Positions 49,642 to 56,366 of a stretch of 56,366 nt of DNA are shown here, one piece after another (position 1 is the stretch's first letter; every line of letters begins with the position of its first letter). The translations under genes and the position numbers were made by a program. Below the pieces are notes generated by a model, which was not told where the DNA came from, did not search any database, and worked only from the letters and a program-made list of their open reading frames with translations. The DNA comes from Spirochaetales bacterium (GTDB lineage: Bacteria > Spirochaetota > Spirochaetia > Treponematales > UBA12059). Location: NCBI GenBank assembly GCA_016928955.1, contig JAFGJV010000059.1:1-56366 (forward strand). Direction: 5' to 3'.

Positions 49642-50507
49642 GCAGCGCCCCGCTTGGAACGACCCTTGCGGCCGGCCAGTCCCCGTAGAGCCGCCCCGGC
49701 CATAAACACGGCGCCCGCCAGGGTAACCACCACGGCACCAGCGGGCAGATCCGCGGCCCAGGCTACGGCCAGACCGCCTGTGGACACCACGACCGACGCT
49801 ATGGTCGCCCCAACCATCATGCCTGCCAGGCTCTTGGCCACATACCCGGCCGTTGCCGCCGGCAGGGTGAGCATGGCAATGACCATGACTATGCCCACAA
49901 AGGTCTGCAGGAGCACCACGGCAACCGCGGTCAGGGCCAGCAGGGCAAGGAAGACGCCCTCCGTTGGCACGCCGCGCGCCCTGGCGAATTCCTCGTCAAA
50001 AGCCACGGCCTCCACCTGGCGGTAGTACCGTATCGCCAGGAGCACTACGATCAGGTCCAGGACCCCAAGGAGCGCAAGGTCCCTGGTCGTCACCAAAAGG
50101 ATGTTTCCAAACAAGTAGCTCATGGGGTCGGCGTAACCGGGAGTGCGCGCCATGAACAGGATGCCCAGGCTCATGCCTATGGCCCAGATGGCGTTTATAG
50201 CGCTGTCCTCGCGCTGTTTGGCCCGGAGCGACACAAAACCTATCAGCGCGGCCGACAATACGGCAAAAACCAGGGCGCCGACCACGGGCGGCAGGCCGGG
50301 CAGGATACCGCGGGACGCCAGGAACAGGGCCAGCCCTATGCCCCCGAGCACGGCGTGGGATATGGCTCCCGCCAGTCCGGCCATGCGCTTGACCGTGACC
50401 ACGGAGCCGAGCACGCCGAACAGCACGGACGACAGAAGGCCGGCCAGGAGGGCGTTACGCACAAAGGGCAGGGCCGGGTCGAACAAAGCCGCTACAAAGG
50501 CGCTCAT
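49638..50507 (-). CDS. znuB: Zn/Mn ABC transporter permease
   Basis: ISHAVLGG, YLFGNIL, FDEEFA, VGI…LTLPAA. Confidence 0.88.
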   Translation of the reverse strand: MSAFVAALFDPALPFVRNALLAGLLSSVLFGVLGSVVTVKRMAGLAGAISHAVLGGIGLALFLASRGILPGLPPVVGALVFAVLSAALIGFVSLRAKQREDSAINAIWAIGMSLGILFMARTPGYADPMSYLFGNILLVTTRDLALLGVLDLIVVLLAIRYYRQVEAVAFDEEFARARGVPTEGVFLALLALTAVAVVLLQTFVGIVMVIAMLTLPAATAGYVAKSLAGMMVGATIASVVVSTGGLAVAWAADLPAGAVVVTLAGAVFMAGAALRGLAGRKGRSKRGAA

Positions 50508-51271
50508 TCCGAACACTCCTTGCACCGGCCCGGATCGGGCACGCTAACGTCATGGAGGACGCGCTTGGCCTTGCCTCCGTACAGCTCGGGCGGAGCGTGC
50601 TCTGCCGGCTCTGCCGTGTGCCGCACGATGCTCCTGCCTGTCCCGGCCCGGTCGCCCACGCAGAGCACCGCGTCGGTGAGGTCGGACACAAAACCGGTGT
50701 CATGGGTGACCACCACGATGGTCGTTGACCCCTTGAGCTCGCCCAGGACCTTGTACAGCCTGTTCTCGCTGGCCGCGTCCATGTTGGCCGTGGGCTCGTC
50801 CAGCACCAGGAGGCGGGGCTCGGACGCCAGGGCCCTGGCCACCAGGACCCTCCTCCGCTGGCCTCCGGACAGGGCCGCGTAGGGTCGGTCGGCCAGATCG
50901 CTGACGTCGGCCCGCTCCAGGGCCCGGTCCACGGTGGCACGGGCGCCCCTCTTCTCCGTCAGGCCATGGAGTACGCCCATGCGCACCACGTCCCGCACGC
51001 TGACCGGGAAGCTTGGGTCGTAGGCGGGCAGTTGCGGCACATAGCCCACATGCGGCCTGGCCGCGTACGCGCTGCCGCCGAGCACCTCGACCTGGCCCCC
51101 GCTTGGCCGCTCAAGGCCCATGATCAGCTTGAGTACCGTGGTTTTGCCCGAGCCGTTCTGCCCGACTATGGCCGCGAACTCGCCCTCGTGCACGTGGAAA
51201 CTGGCCTTATCGAGCACGCTTACCTGTTCGTACGAGAACGACACGTCTAAAAACCGTATGGCTACCTTCAC
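50504..51271 (-). CDS. znuC: Zn/Mn ABC transporter ATPase
   Basis: GQNGSGKT, GYVPQ, LSGGQ, LDEPT. Confidence 0.88.
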   Translation of the reverse strand: MKVAIRFLDVSFSYEQVSVLDKASFHVHEGEFAAIVGQNGSGKTTVLKLIMGLERPSGGQVEVLGGSAYAARPHVGYVPQLPAYDPSFPVSVRDVVRMGVLHGLTEKRGARATVDRALERADVSDLADRPYAALSGGQRRRVLVARALASEPRLLVLDEPTANMDAASENRLYKVLGELKGSTTIVVVTHDTGFVSDLTDAVLCVGDRAGTGRSIVRHTAEPAEHAPPELYGGKAKRVLHDVSVPDPGRCKECSE

Positions 51272-52197
51272 TTGAGGGCCTCCGCTATGGCCGAGCCCAT
51301 GCCGGTGACCACGGCCATCCAGTCATAGGCAAGGTCGTCAAGCTCGACTACCGTGCCTCCCAGAGCCTGGGCCAGGGCCGTGGCCGCGGCGGCGGGGAAC
51401 TGTTTCTGCACAAAGACCGTCTTGGCTCCCTCGGCCTTGGCGCGCTCGACCAGCTCGGCCAGCGTCCTTTGGGTTGGTTCCTTGCCGCCCGTTTCCACGG
51501 CCACCTGCTCTATGCCAAAGTCGTCCAGGAAGTAGCCAAAGGCCGGATGGTACACGAACACAGCCCGACCGCGCGCCGGCGCCAGTTCAACGGCCAGGCG
51601 CTGGTACACGGCGTTGACCTCCGACTCAAAAGCGTCGTACTTGGCCTCATACGACGAGCGGTTCCCGGCGTCCATGCCCGCCAGCGCGTCGCGCATGGCC
51701 CGGGCCTGGGCCAGGGCGCCGGCGCGGCCCAGCCAGGTGTGGGGATCGACCAGAAGGTCGCGCGCTCCAGGCGCCTGGGCTCCATGATCGTCCTCGTCGC
51801 CATCATCATGGTCATCCGCGTCGTCGTGGTCATGGTCGCCCATCAAGCGCTTCGGTGCTTCGGCCGACGCGTCTATGATCACCAGATCAGGATACAGCTC
51901 CCGAACGCGCGGTATGAGGGCGTCCTCAAACTGTATGCCGGTGACAAACCACACGGACGCCGATCCCAGCTCGGCAAGCTGGCGCGGCGAGGGTTCGTAG
52001 TTGTGGGGATTTGCGCCCTGGCCGGCCAGCACCACGGCGGGCACCGTTCCGCCCGTCACGCGGTCCAGGAAGTAGCGCTGGGGTTCTATGCTCACGGCCA
52101 CGCGGAAGGTGTCGTCAGGGGCCGCCTTTGTACACGACCCGCCAAGCACGATGAGGGCAAACATGGCGGCCGCAACGGCCGCTCGGGGGCTTTTCAT
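51268..52197 (-). CDS. znuA: Zn ABC substrate-binding lipoprotein
   Basis: NPHNYEP, His/Asp-rich loop, DPHTW, HPAFGYF. Confidence 0.9.
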   Translation of the reverse strand: MKSPRAAVAAAMFALIVLGGSCTKAAPDDTFRVAVSIEPQRYFLDRVTGGTVPAVVLAGQGANPHNYEPSPRQLAELGSASVWFVTGIQFEDALIPRVRELYPDLVIIDASAEAPKRLMGDHDHDDADDHDDGDEDDHGAQAPGARDLLVDPHTWLGRAGALAQARAMRDALAGMDAGNRSSYEAKYDAFESEVNAVYQRLAVELAPARGRAVFVYHPAFGYFLDDFGIEQVAVETGGKEPTQRTLAELVERAKAEGAKTVFVQKQFPAAAATALAQALGGTVVELDDLAYDWMAVVTGMGSAIAEALK

Positions 52198-52313
52198 GGG
52201 ATCCTCCAGTACGATTCGTGGAAGAAGATAGCAAAGCCAGGCGTTTTTTGCAAGTCATTCGCATTTTTGACTCAATGTCCCTGCCTTGCCACACAGGAAC
52301 CCGCGTGCCGCGC

Positions 52314-52342
52314 TTGACGCCAGCCAACAACGGCGGGATACT
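52314..52342 (+). promoter_or_regulatory. Putative sigma70 promoter of the Imm17 gene
   Basis: TTGACG-N17-GATACT, with SD GGAGG before ATG 52381. Confidence 0.55.
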
Positions 52343-52380
52343 CTGCCGGACTTATAACAATTGAGAGACATGGAGGGCTC

Positions 52381-52587
52381 ATGGACTTTGGCGCTATCCT
52401 TATCATACTGGCGGGCGCGTTTACCGTAATCTGTGCCATAGGCAACTGGGACTGGTTCATGGACAGCAGGAAGGCCCGGTTTTTTACCACCCTGCTGACG
52501 CGGAACGGGGCCAGGATCATGTACGGCGTCATAGGCCTTGGCCTGGTCACGGTAGGCGTGCTCCTGCTGGCCGGAATCATCCAGTAA
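52381..52587 (+). CDS. Immunity protein 17 (Imm17) family small membrane protein
   Basis: Two TM helices with the NWDWF and ARI.YG..G motifs. Confidence 0.75.
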   Translation: MDFGAILIILAGAFTVICAIGNWDWFMDSRKARFFTTLLTRNGARIMYGVIGLGLVTVGVLLLAGIIQ

Positions 52588-52617
52588 GGCTGGGAGTATC
52601 TAGCCACCAGGAAGGTC

Positions 52618-52659
52618 CAGCCCGCCCCGCGGAAAGCCAGGGCGGGCTGCTTTTTTTTT
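52618..52659 (+). terminator. Intrinsic terminator
   Basis: CAGCCCGCCC…GGGCGGGCTG followed by C-T9. Confidence 0.85.
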
Positions 52660-52999
52660 ACTGAGCCGTGTCGTCGCTCCCCCCGGAAACCGCTTGATCG
52701 TGGCCTTGGTCCACGGGTTTGGCAGGGACGTGGCGATGCACATGGCGCTTTTGATTATTGCCGGTATTCGTGAAGCCCGGCTTGATGAGTATGTGCGCCA
52801 GTACCACCAGGCCCCAGGCCTGCCAGTAGCTGATGGTCGGCAGCTTGAAAATTTCAGGCATAAGCCAGTTCCACAACAGCATGACAACCCAGCCGAACAG
52901 CAGGGCAAGGGCCCCTACCAGAAGCATGCCGCCCAAACCGGCGGCAATGACACGGAGCCAACGCAGGCGCCCGTGGTCGTCAGTAAAAAACCTGTCCAT
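52658..52999 (-). CDS. Small membrane protein downstream of the ECF sigma
   Basis: LWNWLMPEIF.LP.I.YWQA.GL motif, SD GAGGAGG. Confidence 0.8.
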   Translation of the reverse strand: MDRFFTDDHGRLRWLRVIAAGLGGMLLVGALALLFGWVVMLLWNWLMPEIFKLPTISYWQAWGLVVLAHILIKPGFTNTGNNQKRHVHRHVPAKPVDQGHDQAVSGGSDDTAQ

Positions 53000-53008
53000 G
53001 GTACCTCC

Positions 53009-53533
53009 TCAACAGGCGCGCGGATCGCTGTCCAGCGCCTTCCTCAGTTTTTCCAGGGCGTAACGCTTCCTGGACGCTATGGTGTCGATGGATACGCCTT
53101 CCCGCCTGGCAATGTCCTTCAGAGACAGGTCTCCGCCGTAGACGGCATCCACCACCAGCCTCTGTTCGGGCGGCAGGGCGGCCAGGGCAGCGGCCAGCAG
53201 GCGTCTCTGTTCGGCAAGCTCGGCTTCCGTCTGGGGACCGGGATACAGGCTGTCGGCCAGCATATCCAGCTCTCCCCCGTGGACGTGTTTTTGCCGACGG
53301 ACGGCGGCTTCCCGCCACAGGTCGCGCAAGCCGTTGGCGGCCACCCGCCACAGCCAGCCGGCCAGGTCTCGGATGGGCTCCAGGGCGTCCATGTTGGCGC
53401 ACGCGCGCAGGAAGGCATCCTGCAGAATGTCTTCCGCGTCGTCCGGCCCGCTTTTGCCGCTGAGCCAGGCAAGCAGCCTGCCCCTCTGGTCCCGGTACAG
53501 CTCATCGATGTCTGGTTTCATCTTCGTATCCAT
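53009..53533 (-). CDS. ECF-type RNA polymerase sigma factor
   Basis: DAEDILQDAF, WLWRVAAN..RD, LPPEQR, SLKDIA…TIASRKRYA. Start is 53533 or 53521. Confidence 0.88.
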   Translation of the reverse strand: MDTKMKPDIDELYRDQRGRLLAWLSGKSGPDDAEDILQDAFLRACANMDALEPIRDLAGWLWRVAANGLRDLWREAAVRRQKHVHGGELDMLADSLYPGPQTEAELAEQRRLLAAALAALPPEQRLVVDAVYGGDLSLKDIARREGVSIDTIASRKRYALEKLRKALDSDPRAC

Positions 53534-53612
53534 CGTCCATACAGACGTGAGCGTTGATGCTTTTTGTCTAAAAAAAATGTTTTGCGCCCGTGCGGCGACT
53601 GACATCCAGCCA

Positions 53613-54425
53613 TCAGCCACCGCCTGACTGGTAACGGCGGAGGCCGGCCTTCCACAGGAGCCAGGCCAGGCCAGCAAAGGGCGCGGCGGCAAACGGGCCC
53701 GCAAGGCCAAGCCACAGGGGCCAGCCCGGAAAAGCCTCCCGCCCAAGGGCCAGGCATACGGGCAGGTACATGACGGAAGCCAGGGGCACGCCCCCCAGGA
53801 ACAGGACGCGCATCCACGGGCGGTGCCCGCTCGCAGGATACGCGGAAGCCTGGCGGCCGCCGTATATGAAGGCGTTCATGAACTCCAGCCCCTCCACCGT
53901 GCGGAAGGTCAGGGCCGCCTGCATGAGGAACACGGATAGGAACACGACCACGCCGGCCAGAAATCCGGCTGCCAGGGCGGCAAGGCCCAGGGGCCGGTAC
54001 CAGGTCGTGCCGGACGAGGCCAGGCTGACGGCCGCCCATACGAACACGGCCAGACCCTGAGCCAGGCGCCCCGCCCGCCTGATGGTCACTTCCCGCCCCA
54101 AAAGCTGGAGCACCGGGGACAGGGGCCGGGTAAGGAGGCGGTCAAAGTCCCCCGTGCGCACCAGGGTGCCCATGAAGTCGAAGCCGTACGCCAGGGCGTC
54201 GGCCAGGGAAAAGGCCATATCCACAAAGCCGTACAGAAAGGCCAGCTCGGGCAACTCCCAGCCGCGGAAGTGCCCAAAGCGCTCGAACAGGGCGTACAAG
54301 CCGCCGAACTCTATGGCGGTGATCAAAAACTGCCCGGCTACCTGGAGCGCCAGGGCCGAACGGTAGCGGAGCTGGCTTCTTACGGACAGCCCGACCAGTC
54401 TGAAATACATGCGCACGGGACCCAT
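53613..54425 (-). CDS. ABC-2 family permease (DUF990/ABC2_membrane_6-like)
   Basis: VRTGDFDRLLTRP, YP, RRYQSGGG. Confidence 0.85.
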   Translation of the reverse strand: MGPVRMYFRLVGLSVRSQLRYRSALALQVAGQFLITAIEFGGLYALFERFGHFRGWELPELAFLYGFVDMAFSLADALAYGFDFMGTLVRTGDFDRLLTRPLSPVLQLLGREVTIRRAGRLAQGLAVFVWAAVSLASSGTTWYRPLGLAALAAGFLAGVVVFLSVFLMQAALTFRTVEGLEFMNAFIYGGRQASAYPASGHRPWMRVLFLGGVPLASVMYLPVCLALGREAFPGWPLWLGLAGPFAAAPFAGLAWLLWKAGLRRYQSGGG

Positions 54426-54426
54426 G

Positions 54427-55239
54427 TCAGCCTCCCGCCACCGCGATGCGGCCCAGCCTGGACCGGGTATACAGCCAGCCGCCAACAATCAGCGCAAGCA
54501 CCCAGCCTGCCTGGTATGCAGCCTGGCTGAAAACGGCGCGCGGGGGCAGGGTTCCCAGCCAGAAGCGGAATGGCAGATCGGCCAGGCCGCGGAAGGGCAA
54601 CAAGGCGGACAGCCGCTCCACGGGCCCGGACAGAAGCGGCAGGGGCACGATGAGACCCGAGAAAAACATGGACGCCGCGCCGGCTATGGCGCTTGCCCCG
54701 GCAGCGCTCACCTGGCTGAACTGGAAACAGCTGACCACCACGGCAAGGCCGGCCGACGTCAGCGTGGCCAGGGCCATCATTGCCAGAAAGGCCGCAAAAC
54801 CCGCCGGGCTGGCCGGTGCATTGAGGGCAAGCTCGGGCATGCCCAGGGCGGGCAAAAACAGGGCGGCAAAGGCCAAAACGACCCAGAAGCGCAGGGCCAC
54901 GCCGGCCGCCTTCCAGCCCAGGGTGCGGGCAAACCACAATCCAAAGAGGTCGGCCGGACGGAGAAGATCCCTGGCCACCTCGCCGGAGCGTATCAGGTCC
55001 CGGAGCTCAGGATCGGGGCCCCACACCTGGAAGGCCAGGAAGGCCTGGCCGAGCCACACGTAGCTGGCCGTCTGGGCCAGGCCGATGGGAGCACCGGCGC
55101 CGGAGGCGTACCAGGATTCCAGGATATGAACCAGGATGAAACCGAAAAACAGCTGGGTGAACACGCCTGCCAGGGCGGCCGCGCGGTAACCCATAACCGT
55201 TCTGAACCGCGCCCGGAAGGTGGCCAGGTAAGCCCTCAT
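54427..55239 (-). CDS. ABC-2 family permease
   Basis: YR, IRSGEVARDLLRP, FSGLIVPL, LPF, C-terminal GG. Confidence 0.85.
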   Translation of the reverse strand: MRAYLATFRARFRTVMGYRAAALAGVFTQLFFGFILVHILESWYASGAGAPIGLAQTASYVWLGQAFLAFQVWGPDPELRDLIRSGEVARDLLRPADLFGLWFARTLGWKAAGVALRFWVVLAFAALFLPALGMPELALNAPASPAGFAAFLAMMALATLTSAGLAVVVSCFQFSQVSAAGASAIAGAASMFFSGLIVPLPLLSGPVERLSALLPFRGLADLPFRFWLGTLPPRAVFSQAAYQAGWVLALIVGGWLYTRSRLGRIAVAGG

Positions 55240-56198
55240 ACGCCGTGTCTCCGGTACAAGGCGGCCACCAGTTCCTCGGCCGGGGCTCCCTCCACTGAAA
55301 GGTCGGCGGCGTTGTACGTACGGGCGGCCGCGGCCAGGGCGGATGCCGCCGACACGCTGGCCGGATCAAAACTCAGGACCAGGTGCGAGCCCGACCGCTC
55401 AAGCAGCTCCATGCCGGGAGGCGTGGCGGGAAGCTCCGCCTGTTCGCCGGCCAGGTCTATCAGTATTCGTTTGCGCACTCCTGCCTCGCGCCTGAGGCTG
55501 GCTATGGTGCCGTCAAACAGAGCCTTGCCCTTGCCTATCAGGATGACGCGGCCGGCCAGGGCTTCAACGTCGTCCATGTCATGGGTGGTGAGTATGACCG
55601 TAACGCCCCGTTCGCGGTTGACGCGCTTTACGAAACCGCGCAGGGCCAGCTTGGACGGGGCGTCAAGGCCTATGGTCGGCTCGTCCAGGAAGAGCAGGGC
55701 CGGCTCGTGCACCAGGGCCGCGGCCAGCTCGCAGCGCATGCGCTGGCCCAGGGACAGCTGGCGCACGGGCGTCCCTATGAAGGCGTCCAGGTCCAGTTCG
55801 CGCCGCAGGATGCCCAGCGTCTCCCGGTAGCGGTTTTTGGCGACGCCATACATGTCGGCAAGAATGTCAAAGGAGTCCAGGGCGGGCAGGTCCCACCACA
55901 GCTGGGTTCTCTGACCGAACACCACGCCCAGGCCACGCACGTGCTCCTTACGGTCTTTCCAGGGAACCCTGCCAGCCACCAGGCAGCGCCCCCCGTCGGG
56001 ATGCAGGATGCCGGACAGGATCTTGATGGTCGTGCTCTTGCCGGCACCGTTGGGCCCTATGTAGCCCACGGCCTCGCCGCAGCCTATCGAGAAGGACAGA
56101 CCGTCCAGGGCGCGCACGTCAGTACGCTGGCGCAAACGGCGGCCTGGCACCTTGGCGCGCACCTGGTACGTTTTACGAAGCTCTTCTACCTGTATCAT
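55236..56198 (-). CDS. ABC-2 exporter ATP-binding protein
   Basis: GPNGAGKST, FGQRTQLWWDLP, LSLGQRMR, LDEPTIGLD. Confidence 0.93.
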   Translation of the reverse strand: MIQVEELRKTYQVRAKVPGRRLRQRTDVRALDGLSFSIGCGEAVGYIGPNGAGKSTTIKILSGILHPDGGRCLVAGRVPWKDRKEHVRGLGVVFGQRTQLWWDLPALDSFDILADMYGVAKNRYRETLGILRRELDLDAFIGTPVRQLSLGQRMRCELAAALVHEPALLFLDEPTIGLDAPSKLALRGFVKRVNRERGVTVILTTHDMDDVEALAGRVILIGKGKALFDGTIASLRREAGVRKRILIDLAGEQAELPATPPGMELLERSGSHLVLSFDPASVSAASALAAAARTYNAADLSVEGAPAEELVAALYRRHGV

Positions 56199-56279
56199 GG
56201 GAACGGGAAGCGTACGCCCGCGCCCTCTCGTCGTCAAGCGGACAAAACGCTTACTACGGGAGCTTTCGGCAAGCTCTAA

Positions 56280-56366
56280 GCGCCAATTTCAAAAGTCTGT
56301 TACTTTTGAAATTGGCTCTGCGATTGCTCGCGGTTGTTTGCATATTCCGCAACCGCTACGCAAATC
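56280..56366 (-). repeat. 87-bp repeat, right copy (inverted)
   Basis: Exact reverse complement of 1..87. Confidence 0.97.

Overview
A GC-rich bacterial chromosomal segment, most likely from a member of Spirochaetota (inferred from gene content and order). It carries about 40 protein-coding genes: a peptide ABC importer operon, thrS with a Thr(ACC) T-box riboswitch, clpS-clpA-PAP2-aat, a LysM/M23 gene with a group-2-like sigma factor, PPi-PFK and iscU, a CoA-disulfide reductase-rhodanese, lolA-rodZ-rimO-pcrA, glgA, a Zn ABC importer with a Fur-family regulator, an orphan Imm17, an ECF sigma pair and an ABC-2 exporter. I found no rRNA, tRNA, CRISPR array, transposase or integrase. Main points of interest: (1) an uncharacterised operon of a B12-binding putative mutase, an opine-dehydrogenase-family enzyme and an MscS-like membrane protein, behind a possibly structured leader; (2) a perfect 87-bp inverted repeat at the two window ends; (3) the T-box, which has an expanded antiterminator loop; (4) several apparent pseudoenzymes. 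All family calls come from motifs recognised by eye, with no database searches.
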